From: Leidyana gryllorum EB-2025a
Lineage: Eukaryota; Protista; Apicomplexa
Length of the DNA stretch: 64,000 nucleotides
Direction: 5' to 3'
Assembly: GCA_048772705.1 (NCBI GenBank)
Contig: JBLWGC010000213.1
Span: 310,001-374,000, forward strand
The translations under genes and the position numbers were made by a program. A model generated the notes under the pieces. That model saw nothing but the letters and a program-made list of their open reading frames with translations. It searched no databases and had not been told where the DNA came from. The number at the start of each line of letters is the position of its first letter. Within the stretch, counting starts at the first letter, position 1. This document shows, piece after piece, positions 33,139 to 45,199 of the stretch.

Positions 33139-35482
33139 TCAAAAGGAGTCGCGATCCACGTAAGCACCCTGCAACACGCCCTCAGGAGCGTTTTCGTGCA
33201 CGTGCTGCAGACTTTCCGGTGTAGACACCGGACTTTCTGCGTCCTCGAAATCTGGTTCGTGGGGACGCAGACCCTCCAAGTAGAGTAGGTACGGGAGGGT
33301 GTAGGTAGCGAACATCCTCCTATAGTTCAGATCCAACGGTCTAAAAAGCAATCTCTGCAGCTTCAAGTCGCGCCCGCGCCCCTACCTTGCAATGAAGAAA
33401 TGCTGGAAGATTGAAGTGGCGAGCAAAGGGAAGACCTTCAAGAGACTCAAGGGAGCCCGTGATGGTGTCAGACGATGCAGCACCAGAAAAAGGACTATCA
33501 TGAAGATCAGTGCGGCCAAATTTATCCCTCTGCTCCAATGCAAGTAGAACGGCAAAACAGCTAGTTGTAACATGTAGGAAAGGGTTCGCATGTCGAAGGC
33601 TCTGGCCAAAGGATGGTCCTTCATGGCTGTCAGCAGGAAGTCAGCGATGCTTCCAAGCAGCCTGTTGGGGATCCCGTCAGCAGTAGGTCGCAAAACTTAC
33701 AGAAAGAGAGCGAACGAGCGCGTTCTGAGTAAGTGAGAGTGCGATATAGCCCTCCACTCAAACCAGGTCCGCGATTTCGCGCGTACGCGATCATAGAAAT
33801 AGAGTGTGGCCACAGCAGCGTGTAGACCAACTCTGACGGTCCATAGAATCCAATACAACTGTTCTTGCTCACGAGTCCCGGATTCTGCCTGAATCTGGGC
33901 GACGTTAACTTCTGCAAGTCAGTTCAATACTTACCGGAGAGACCCATTGGTATCCACTCGCGGAGGCAAGAAGAATGATAGTGATCACCACTTGACCGAT
34001 GATTTGCCACTTCATCGAGGTAAATGACCACCTTGTGACTGCGGCACACCGCCAGGCAAGATACCATCTTTCCACCGTGGTATCATGATAGTGTCCCATC
34101 GCTGTGGACGGGAGCTGAGGCGATCTGCGTTTCCAAGCCGCTTCCTGTACTACGGCTTCGGTGGAAACATCGAGGAGAAATGGAAGTAATCTTTGGAGGG
34201 GGTTGCGATGTCTCATCATGTATAGAGGAATGGCTCCTGCGCAGATTGCCGACCGGCCTCGTGGTCGGGTCATTCCGCAGCAAGTGTACGACTTTTCGGC
34301 TGGCATAACTTCTTCTGTCACCGCCGAATGTCTGACACCCAGAATGTTGGCTCCCTGACGATCTCGATCAGCCTTCTCAGGGCTGCCCATTAGGGACGCA
34401 GCAAATGCCGACTTCGCCAACCGTTGAGCTCCCTGCATATAGCGCTTCCGGTGGGAGTCGATCGAGCGGGCTGACTGGGCTTCAGACACGGTGGGTTCTG
34501 GAGCCGAGATGGGCGGGACGTTCTCCTCCTGCTGTGCTGCTTGAGATTGCTCAATACGAATGGGTGCAGGAGTATTGAATGTAACAGTTCTTTGTCGAGG
34601 AGCCCGGCGCACGTACTCTGGGGGTGGGGGCAGTGCCGGAACTGGTGGCCTTTCCCAAGTGGTTGTCCGACTGATGTCCTTGTCGCTCTCGGCGGCGTGG
34701 GTGCTTCGAGCTGATATATCATCCGCCATGATGGGAAGTTGCAGTAAGATATGAATATGATCTTCGGGAGAAAAACGTGGCATTTCCCGTAGATGCAATC
34801 TGATGGATTTGAAAACCATCAACTCCCACTCTTGTAAGTTTGGAACATCTTGAAGAGCAAGACGGGGGCGGTAGCGTAAGCGCAAGATCTCAACTCCGAC
34901 GAAGTATATATAGAAATACACACACACTCCCAAAGCCAGGAGTACCAGATCCACAACCAGTCCAGATATCATATTTCTCCAAGCATTATTGGCAGCAGTC
35001 ACGGTAAAACGGATAGTCTCTGATATAGTCCAAATAATCAACAGTCCAGATCGTCGCAGTCCAGTAACGGTGAACATATATGTTATGATCGGAGAGGCCA
35101 CAGTTGACCGCGTTGCCGAGCGAGTTGAGTCGTGGGTTTGTTCGGAGCAAAGCATTGCGAGGATGAGACCAGCGAGAATAATGTCATGTCGCACTTCATT
35201 GTTGACAAGACTGATCCCCACATATGCAAGCAGTGCTGCTGAGAAAAGGATGGTGGCCTCGATCACAAAGCGGACTTCGTAGCCCAACACACTGACCAGC
35301 ATGAGCAAACTGACGCCTGCAAAGACAATAGCATAATCCGATCCTGTTTGCAGATAAAAATGGAGGGACTCCCGGCCTTTGCTCGTGGTACTGTCTTCAT
35401 CACGTGATCGACGAGGTGCGACTGCCAAGAGAACTTGCGGACTGTTCGATACAAGGGCACCGATGAAGGTGAGCCAACCCAT
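33139..35482 (-). CDS. Multi-pass membrane protein with two TM clusters separated by a low-complexity loop
   Basis: Hydrophobic helices in ORF 33905-35512 and in downstream exons linked by GTAAG..AG introns. Confidence 0.6.
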
Positions 35483-35531
35483 GCATAAGCACCGCACACG
35501 CGTGTGCTTCAATTGCAGACAAACTGTTCCT

Positions 35532-38500
35532 TCATTTGATGCTAACTAATGATGTGAAGGCATTTTCACGTTGTCGACGTTCTTCATCCAGGTCTTTAAC
35601 CTGTTTGATAAGCTTGAGTATGGTCGCCAAGCCTACAACGGACTTTTGGAATGAAGGGGAACGCGCCTTACGATCTAGATTTTCTTTGAGTCTCAGGGCT
35701 TGATCGAGGTCGAACCGTTGAGTGGCACCCACCGCGGTCTGACCAGCATTCACAGTTGTGAGTAGTTTATCGGTGGACCAATCCACCACACTCTTTCCAT
35801 CACTTTGAATGCGATGATCAAATGCTCCCAGAAGCCGTCGGAATATGGCGAACTCGTCATCGCTTGCGAATAGCCACTTGAGCAGACAGCTGTCCAATCC
35901 TATATACCGGACCCCTGAAAATTCAAGCCCATGTATAGGGGCTAATATCTGGGTCATATCGTCAATGAGTTTCATATTGTAACTGAACATAACCTGCTCG
36001 CGCATGACGGCGAGGCGCTCGGCCAATCGAGTCTGTACGAATGAGAAGGGACAATCTTTTCGGTGAGCTTACATTGTCTTCCTTGACCTTGTCAATCCGT
36101 TCGATGGTGGAAGCTCGTTGTTTGACCAATGAGGTAGCTCGACTGAGCGCCAGAGCCAACTTTTCGTCTAGGAGAGCTTTCATCTCGGCAAGTTGAGCCC
36201 ACGCTTGACGTTTCAGGAACCGGGAGGTTGAAGATAACGGATTCAGAAGCTCCTCATGTAACTTCAAGCATGACTCGATGAAATCGCCCAAATAATCGGT
36301 CACTTCAACCTTTGGTTCGCCACACAAACCTTGGCAGAGAGGTATAAGCCATTGGAGGGACGAAGTAGACCACCTCTCCCGTCTCTTAGAGACCGGATCG
36401 TCAGAACGCAAAGGTCTCATCGATTGTAATGTTTGGGTGGCAACAAGCATAGAGCTGCCATCCTCCGTGATCACTCGGACATACTGACCATCTTGGGAGC
36501 ATTCAATATCACGGACATTGCTTTCCAACGTCGTGGCAAGTTGTACGTCTGTTCGTCCGGCCTTCTCGGTCAGGAACCGGGCAATGATACGATAGACAGA
36601 CTGTGGTGAGGTGTAGGACAACCTATATGATCTGACTTTACCTTGCCATATCCGAGGATGATCACTGGTGCTTCGTGGGACGCTCGACGCATCACAACTG
36701 GAGGTACGCCGTCATCAGTGTTAAACATTTGAGAGCGGTCAGGGAGTTGGTGAACCCCCATCACCTTCCACCTCTCCTCCTCGATTACCCCGGATGTACG
36801 AAGCACGTCGCACAGGCGGCCCACTTGTTTATTTCTGGCCAATAGTACGAGCTCATGGGGATGGCGTACGGCCAGTATAAGGCCGTCTGCCACCGATGTG
36901 TGCCCCAGGAGCACCGGTGCATTGCCAATCTGGGTTCCTGGGCATACTCGAGCACTTTGAGCGAAATGGTACGTGTTGCTCGGCCGGCCCAGGAAAGCGT
37001 GGTGACGGAAGGCATTCTTGGCGGGCACCATCTCCAGGGTTGAAGTCAATCTCCAGATAGAGTACAGAGCGAGAGTCATCTCTCGTCGTTCGATGGGCTC
37101 CCCATCCGCGGTATACTCGTTAGCAGAGTTCGCCGAAGCGTCAGCTGCTTGTGCGTTGGCATCATTCTGCGGACCCTCGGTAGTAACAGACTTGCGCCTT
37201 ATACGAAGAACGGTACGAGGCTTTGGCTTTGGCCTCTCAATGGTATCTACAAAACGGTAGTCACCGTGACCGCGTGTATATGTCGCTAATGCATCGCCTT
37301 CCGCCCGAATGGGTCGATCACCGTGTGTGTCGATTGCAACCTCGGGTTTCAAGATCACAGGAGCTGGCGGACCAAGCGGAACAAAGTCGTCCGTCGTCTT
37401 TGCATCCACAGCGGGTTTCAAAGGAGGTGCTGGATTGGGAGGTGCTCGATTGGCACGCGCTGGAGTGGGACGTGCTGCGTTGGGAGGATGAACTTGGGTG
37501 TTCACATAGGCTTGGGGGCCCGGTCCAATACTGGGAAGGAGACTTGGAGGTGCTTCATGAATTCGCGGAGTTTCTGTTGGAGTGGCGGAGGACGGACGGG
37601 CATGTAGCGTCGGCATCACCCACGGACTGTCGAGGAATTCACTGGCCAAAAGTGGTAGCCGAGGCCGTTCTTCTGGGTTGATGAAGTCTCTGGGTGAGAC
37701 GGCAGCAGACCCACTTGTGGGACTCGACGACGAGTCGGGCGTGCGGGAGACCACTCCACTCGATGAGGCAGGAGGGCTCGGCGCGTCATTTTCCTCTTCA
37801 TCTCGGGTTTGCGTGATATTATTCTTTTCCTCCTCCTCCCTTTCCCGCAAGCCCACCTAAAAAGCGTTACAATACAGATGAATGGTCCGACTTACTGCTT
37901 CCCAGGTTATACGCAATGTGTCTTCGAACTCCTGCAACCTTCCTGGGGGCATGGTGGTGAAAACTCCATCCAGTCGAGCCTTCATATAGTCAATGGCCAT
38001 GTAAATCTGCTGCGGGACTCGGCACCAAACACCTCCGGGCCAAATGGGAGTGATTTCTGCAATGGCTCCGTTGGAGAAGTATATCGTAAGTAGGAAGAAA
38101 CTGAGTAGACGCTCCAAACTTGGGCGCAGCTCGGGTTCTCTCTCGCACGCGTAATCGAATGATTGGGGTACGGCGCTGTCCGTGGCTTCTCGAGGAATCT
38201 TCAGGTGGGCCAGCTGCTTGCCGCCGCCCAAGTCGAACAGCCAGAAGCGGGTATACTCGGTATCATAGCCCAAGACCGCCATAGTGGTGTCCGCTAGTGG
38301 AATAAATCGAACATCCACGAGTGTCAAGCCCTCTTCCTTGGCTTGCGTCACGAGGGGAATCTGTACACACATGTGGACTCTGGCAGTGGGCTTGATATGG
38401 ATGGCCTTTTCGAGGTCCTCACGAAAGATGTCAAACTCCCGGATATCCCAGAGCTTGCGTGGCATCCAACATGAGGGTGACGTGGAAGCATATAATCGAC

Positions 38501-38782
38501 CCCCGGGACATATAATGGCCATTAAGTCTTGGGGAGGGTTGGTGACACATACTTGAATCTCAGCACAGCTACGGGACAGAGCATAGTAGGTGGTGTACAC
38601 AACTCTTACGGGGCCTCCGGCAGAAATATGTGATGAGTAACGCCATCTTCCTCTGTTAGGGTCTGCAAGCAGCCTCTTCGGCCTCGGATCCGGGCAGAAG
38701 CAACGGGCTGAAAAGTTGGATGCTTGGTGGAATCCGAACTAGGCCACTCGGTAGACCATGGCGCCACGCCTGTGACCTTCAT
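35532..38782 (-). CDS. Nup88/Nup82-like nucleoporin
   Basis: Beta-propeller pattern VDVRFIP..MAVL..FWLFDL..PQSFDY..LTIYFSNGAIAEITPIWP and a C-terminal coiled coil; four ORFs joined by canonical short introns. Confidence 0.55.
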
Positions 38783-38848
38783 CCAGTTTTTTCACAACCC
38801 CCATGACACAGGTGTGGCTCTAGAGGGCTTTTTTTTTGGCGGAAGGGG

Positions 38849-40761
38849 ATGGCTGACCAGGTCAAAAAGGAGGAACTGCCATCATGTATTGACCAGAACC
38901 CCAGTCGCCGACGGTTCGGCGTAGTTTCTGCAGCCTGCGTCGTCTCCCTTTCCGATCATGATCACCTCGAAAACACACCAGACGACGCTCCAACAACGAC
39001 AGATATGGAGGAATCGATGACGGAGGCGACAGATGTACCCTCCACTCTCGTACCGTCTACTGACGATGCTCCCCCACTCAACGCAGATCCCGAAGGGAAC
39101 GGAACCGCGGAGGAGGAACCTCTCGCGGAACCAATAGTTGTAGTCGGCGAGACTCAGGGTGACGACGGAGGCGACCCCATCGATGAGTCCCTATTTGCTG
39201 AAGAGTTATCCGCGGATCAGGAAGCTTCCAGGCAGAAGCAACTGGAATCGGAAGGATTGGGAACGCTGGCCTTAGCCACTATGGCTGTCGCACAGGTAGC
39301 CAGCGACGTTGTGGCTACCACTTGCCCACAAAGTTCGAATGCTGCCGATGAAGGCCGCCAGTCCCAGGACCAGTCCACTCCGCGCTCTGGCCCGGTCGCT
39401 CCGAGGCGACGAGCCCGCGGTCGTAGAAACTCATCATCGCATAGCTCTGAGCGTCGTCGCCAAAGTGGCCGCTCAACGCTTTCCACCCGACACACCAGGG
39501 TGGTACGACAGACGCGCAAGCGTCCCCGCGACCCTAATGAAGAGGAAACAGTGTGGGATCGGGTGATGGCCAACAGGCGCCCTTTGACTGAGGAAGAGAA
39601 AAAGTTGAAGCTCCGACGCAAAGGCGATGCAGCGAGGGAACGTGTTGAAGCTGTCAGAGCCCAGCTGGGAGTCAATGCTGACGCTTCGCTTCTGGATCTC
39701 TTTACTAGTGATGTTAATTCGAGCGCCCTACCTGCCAACAATGAAACATCCGAGGAACTCGCCCTGGACTTCTTTACTGTCGGTGAGGATTGACTGCTCG
39801 AACACTGTTTGTGTGAGTCTTCAACGACTATCCATCAGAGCCCGTGACCTCTGACGATCCATTTGCCTCCACATTTGGTGCCACTCAGGAATATGAGTTC
39901 ACTGAGCAAGATGGAACACGAGTAAGCCTTCATGTGCGTTCAACTCATGTAAGCGTATGCAGTTGCCCCCATACCCCCATGCATACAAGTACACGCCACC
40001 AGCCCTGTGGGAGACGGCGGACGAGGAACGGTGAGTCTGAAACCTTTTTGCTGCTCATATCTCCCGTCCACAGCTTCTTCGAAGGTATCAAGACCTTCGG
40101 GGTGGACATGCTGATGTTGAAAGGGATCCTACCACGATACACGGACAAGCAATTAGCCTCTTTTTACAAGCGTGCCTTGCGCCGAAAGGACAAACGGGTG
40201 AGTGCCAAAATCCGTGCAATGCGCACACCCGCTCAACTGGGGTGCATCTCCCGTTCTCACATGCTCATGCACAAACTGTGCACTAATGAGCGCGTGGGTG
40301 CTGTGTGTAAAGTACCTGAACCACTCCTTCTGCACACTTGTGCACAATTGTGCAAAATGTGACAATGATGCAAAGGGTGTGTTTCTGACGTGTTTGACGC
40401 CTTTGACCGACTCATTGACAATGTGACTTGACAGTTGACGAAAGCTCTGGAGGACCAATCTGAGTTGAAGAAAGATCTGTTTGAGAGTGTACGGGGGAAG
40501 ATCGACCCCACGACTCACTACCAACCTCCTGAGGATCTCTTCGAAGAGCGGACTGAGCTGGAGGTAGTTTTCGGTCGTGAAGGAACTCAGAGTGGCAATA
40601 GGGCCGTGGGGTCTGGTGTGAATGTGTTCGACAGCCTCTTTGGTGTGAGTGCGGCGCCGGAGGAGGGAGGAGAGGAGGGCCAGGAGCTTGTAGCAGCAAA
40701 AGAGGAAAAGAAAGCAAGTGTGAATGAGGAACTGCTAGCCTCGTTCTTCCTGGCTGGGTAG
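38849..40761 (+). CDS. BDP1: TFIIIB subunit Bdp1-like SANT/Myb protein
   Basis: Spliced AYKYTPPALWETADEERFFEGIKTFGVDMLMLKGILPRYTDKQLASFYKR matches the Bdp1 SANT domain; acidic N-terminus. Confidence 0.7.
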
Positions 40762-41085
40762 TGGGTGTGGACAGTAGGGGTGTAATTTTGACACACAAGA
40801 TGAGCGTCCACCTTTACGGAGGGGAAACGGGTGTTACTACACCAGGCATGATGATCGATCTGACCCAGCCGAGTGGGGAGTTAGAAGTGCCGCACGCTCC
40901 CCCGACTACACCGCTGGTGAATATCCCCAGTGTACAACGTCTGTCAGTGGACGAGTTGTTGCGTGAAGTATGCGCCAGACTTCAGAAACAAGATAACTGA
41001 AAGAAGCAGACAAGCCATCCATTTATCCATTCCATTCCTATGCATGGTGCTGTGTGCTAAACTATATGGGCTCGTTCGCAGAACG

Positions 41086-41714
41086 TCAAGGGCCGGCGAT
41101 AGACCATGACCTCATACTCATGCTCTCCAATGTCAAAACTTCTCTGAGCGAAAGGCTGGAAGCCAGGTTGCTCCACCCAGCTGCGATTGCGCTTTGCTGC
41201 ACACTTTCTTGCGACTTACCGAGGTCGGCTGATTGAATTAACGGTGTCGGCAACGGTGTTCCATCCTGCAGCACAAAGCTGACGGAAGTTGAGGAAAAGA
41301 TCTCCGCTCCTCGCGGAATACATTGACGGGACTTCTTCGGTGTGCATAATCTAGTGTGTACAGGGAGTGAGAACATGCACTCCCTTACTATCTAAATTGA
41401 TAAGCCTGTTCGGAAACCCGCGCAAGCCGCGTCTTCCGGCCATCCAACCGAAACGATCTGTCGGTCCGCAACCTCTCGTACTGTGAAGGACCTTCTGAGA
41501 GCGAGGACGAGAATCCGCTCCGGAGCTCTGCCAGATTGATGGTGGGACCTCGTGGCACTCGTGTGAAGCCGAACTCGGCGGGTGACATAACTTGCAGTTT
41601 ACACTCACGAGAGCGTGGGTTGCGCTGACTGAGCAGCGGCAGGGATTCTGGTGGCGGCTCGCGCCCCTCCGGGATTTTCCATTTCCTTCGACCCCGTAAT
41701 TTAACAGGTAGCAA
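41086..41714 (-). CDS. Probable small spliced hypothetical gene, structure unresolved
   Basis: Minus-strand GTAAG/GTGAG donors near 41218, 41388 and 41608, with short ORFs. Confidence 0.25.
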
Positions 41715-41728
41715 TGGCTCTGATTGAT

Positions 41729-42001
41729 CTACTCATGAACTAGATCCGAACTCTTCTCACCTGTTCCGTTGCCACGAGCCGACAAAGTGCTCTGAGTGAT
41801 GATGCGAATGGCGCAGAGGACGGCCGTGGCCAGGTAGAAAATTGATGCGAGGTAGCATGCCTGGGCAGCATACGGCTTGTGTAAGTGGTTCTCCAGAGGC
41901 GCATATGGAGAGCGGCTACCGTAGAGGTAACCCAGCATGGGCAGAAAGACCAATGCGTTCAGCGACAGCAGTAGGCAGGAATACGCGCACAGATCGGGCA
42001 T
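41729..42001 (-). CDS. RNase kappa / V-ATPase Vo subunit f-like two-TM protein
   Basis: CAYSCLLLSLNALVFLPMLGYLY...AQACYLASIFYL..LC matches the RNASEK/subunit f layout. Confidence 0.65.
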   Translation of the reverse strand: MPDLCAYSCLLLSLNALVFLPMLGYLYGSRSPYAPLENHLHKPYAAQACYLASIFYLATAVLCAIRIITQSTLSARGNGTGEKSSDLVHE

Positions 42002-42071
42002 GGAAGACCATTGACCGCTGCCAAGAACTCCTCTCCCGCAATAGGACTCAAACACCACAAACAAACCAAAA

Positions 42072-44072
42072 ATGCCGTTTTACGCTCCCAGACTCCTCAT
42101 TATCCTGGCACTGGCCTTTCTACCGTTCTTGGTGGCCGCTGCCGGAGGCCGCGATGCTTATAAAATACTCGGCGTCACGCGCGGAGCCAGTACCAGGGCA
42201 ATAAAGAAAGCTTTCCGCGAAGGATCCAAGAAATGGCACCCCGACCGGCACCAAGAGGACAAGGCCCAAGCGGAGGCCAAGTTCAAGGACATTGCATGGG
42301 CCTACGAGACGCTCTCCAACGAGACCACACGTAAGATTTACGATGTGCACGGCGAAGAAGGGCTAAAACAACAGTGTAAGCCCTTAAACATGTTCCCAAC
42401 TGCAAAGCGTATCCTCAATCACGCAGGAGTGACACCATACACATACCGCACTGCTCCTAAAACCTTCGCAGAGAGATGGGCGGCGGTGGAGGGCCCGGCT
42501 TTCACCCCTTCGGCCCTGGCTTCCAGTTTAGGGGTGGACCAGGAGGCGGAAGCGGGGGATTCCAATTCTTTCAGCAAGGCGGCGGCTTCGAGGGCTTCGG
42601 CGGCTTCCCCGGAGGTTTTGGAGGCGGCTTCCCGGGAGGGGGGGACCCCTTCGGCCGGCGCGGACCCGGACACAAACCGCAGTTCACCGGTAAGTCGGCC
42701 ACAGCGCCGCTGCTGCCCTTTCACCGCCTCTATAGCTGTGGACTGGTTTGACGACGGCCCTGTGGAGCTTGTTCGCGAACGCGTTGACGTGGAAGAGATT
42801 CACGAAATCTGGCCTGACGTCTTCTTCTTCTTCGCGGACGACACGGAACGCACCGAACTGGTCGCTCGCCATCTTATCAGCGTCGCAGAGAACCTGCGGT
42901 CGTTGGTCGAGGTTCAAGCTATCGACTGTCGCCGGGGAGTGTCCCTGTGCAAGACACTCAGATACTCTCAGGGACCGTACGAATTCCAACTACTCACTGC
43001 AACGGACTTGCAGAAGCCCAGCAAACGGAGAAAACGTCTGCTAGAAGCCTCCCGCGACCTGTAAGTGTGGTTGCATTGCTGACTCAAGCGTATTGCTACT
43101 TCAGAGATGCTGAACTGATCATGGACTGGCTGCTGACTGACCTGCCTCTGGGAGCAAAGCCTTTGAGTTCCATGAAAGCTTTCGAGCGGTTCGTTCGCGA
43201 GAACACTGTTCTGGATCTACCAGTGGTAAGCGTTCGTGCGTGTGTGTGTCTCCGAGTTTCGAACCCTCGCAGGCCATTTTGGTTGACGATGCGGCCACGA
43301 CGGAACCGGCGCGACGCAAGCTCATGGCTGAGAACTCCAAAAGAGTCAAGTTCGGATACGTTGCGAACACTTCTAGCAATGCAAAAGTCCGCGAGGGGTT
43401 GACTAAACTCCTGCGAGGCACAGGCAAACTTGAGGGGATGAAGGCACCGTACATTGTACATGTGGCAGACTACGATGTGATTTCCGCTGACACTGTGGAG
43501 ATCATAGATGCCACTATGAATGAACTTGCCATAGATTTGACCTTGGCAAAGTGGGTTGGAATGGTAAGAATTATCTACCCCTGGACTTTGTGTGATGTGC
43601 ATTCTCAGAAACGGTCGCAACAAGGCGTATATCAACGTGCGGCTCGAGCAGTGAGACAATATACCCCGGCAATGCAGTTAGCCGGAATATGTGGCCCGGA
43701 GGACTCGAAGTATTGCATTTTATACTTCGCGCCACGTGCAAACCTAGACGAAGAAGAAGCGCAAATGTTGCGGGATCTGGCAACTAGTGATGCCCTGCGA
43801 CTTGTGTGGGTCAGAGCCTCGGAACAGGTAGGTGTTGGCGATCAATGTGTTCAGAAATGCTCATCTGACAGGTCGCTTTGCTCCGGGCTTTTAATACGGA
43901 TCCCGGCTCATTGGTGGCTTACCGGCCAAAGAGAGGAAAATATCTGAGTCTACCAGGGCCAGTCACGACAGGCAGTGCCGCATCATTCATCGAGTCAGTA
44001 TTGGATGGATCAGCACTGCTGCAGCGGGGCAAGGTGCTGAAATCAATGCCAGAGTTGACAGTTAGAGAATAA
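42072..44072 (+). CDS. ER-luminal DnaJ protein with a G/F region and thioredoxin-like folds
   Basis: Signal peptide, YKILGV, KWHPD, AYETLS, G/F-rich exon, C-terminal LVAYRPKRGKY..FIESVLDG. Confidence 0.88.
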
Positions 44073-44102
44073 AAAGAGCACAAAGAGAAAACAGAAAGCT
44101 TC

Positions 44103-45115
44103 TCAAGCCATCTCGAAGATCTGCTGGGAGGGGGACGGGCCACCATACTTTCCGACAGTGTAGGGGGTGTGACGAGTGAATTTCTCAACCTCTTTCTCCA
44201 GCTCGTTACAGAGTTCAGACTCGTTCAGTCTGGGTGTCGTCTCATTCACTTCTTGCTCGAAAGCCATAGCCCACACAACAGCAGAGAGGAGACCGATCCA
44301 GCCGATCCCAATGCCGATAGACGGGTCAGCCAAGAAGAGGACAGACAATTCTAAAGTACAAAAACATACTCTCAATGTCGTCAAGAACGATAGGTAAACT
44401 CACCGATCAGACCTCCGACTCCCCATATGAACCAGTTGATGATACCGTGCCAGTCATTGGTTCCCTCGTCGTGATAGACCTCCAAGAGTAACCAGGCATT
44501 GGCGTAGAGCAACCAGCTGATGGCATGGATAACTCTGGCACCGGCGCCGAAAATCCAGTCCAAGTTGCCTTCCCGGAAGTGTGTCCAGTAGGCTTCAGTA
44601 TATGTCTGGAAAAGGTTCAGGGCGCCAGCGACTTGCATCACGGCGGCAATGGTGTCGAAGAGGACGGCGTGTGACAAGAATTTGGAGCCAGCCCGGTATC
44701 CTCGAGCCCAACTGGAAAATTGATGCGCTGGTTCAGTCAGTTTCGCTTACGCTGAGTCGTCGGCGAGAGTTGCCTGGAAGGCGATCATATACACAGCCCC
44801 CACAAGATACATGATGCAGAATACGAGCAGAGTGAATCGGAAAGAAGAGCTCTGACGCATTTCAGCTGTGGTGTGTCTCAAGTCCCAGGTGAAGAATCCT
44901 TCGCCCTGTGCACCATTTGTTAATCGCGAACGTTGGTCAAACCCTACCTCGAAGGCGTAGTGCGACACAATCAGACCAGTGACGGCAAGGAACTGCAGAA
45001 GGAGACCAGACCGCAGATAGCCATTGATGATACGGTCCATGCATGAGGTAGGCTTTGGGGCTCTGTGAGTAGCCCTCTCACCATCAAATCCTTCGTGTCG
45101 AGTCGTCAGCCACAT
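44103..45115 (-). CDS. Glideosome-associated protein with multiple membrane spans (GAPM family)
   Basis: YLRSGLLLQ, FTWDL, FQATLADDS, RGYRAGSKFL, LLEVYHDEGT, WAMAFE; six TM segments; two introns. Confidence 0.93.
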
Positions 45116-45199
45116 GATCTAGCACTCAGAACGCAAGGTAGATTGCATGCACCCTCAAGAAGCGCACGTGCCCAGGCTGGAGATAATGCACCACTTTGG

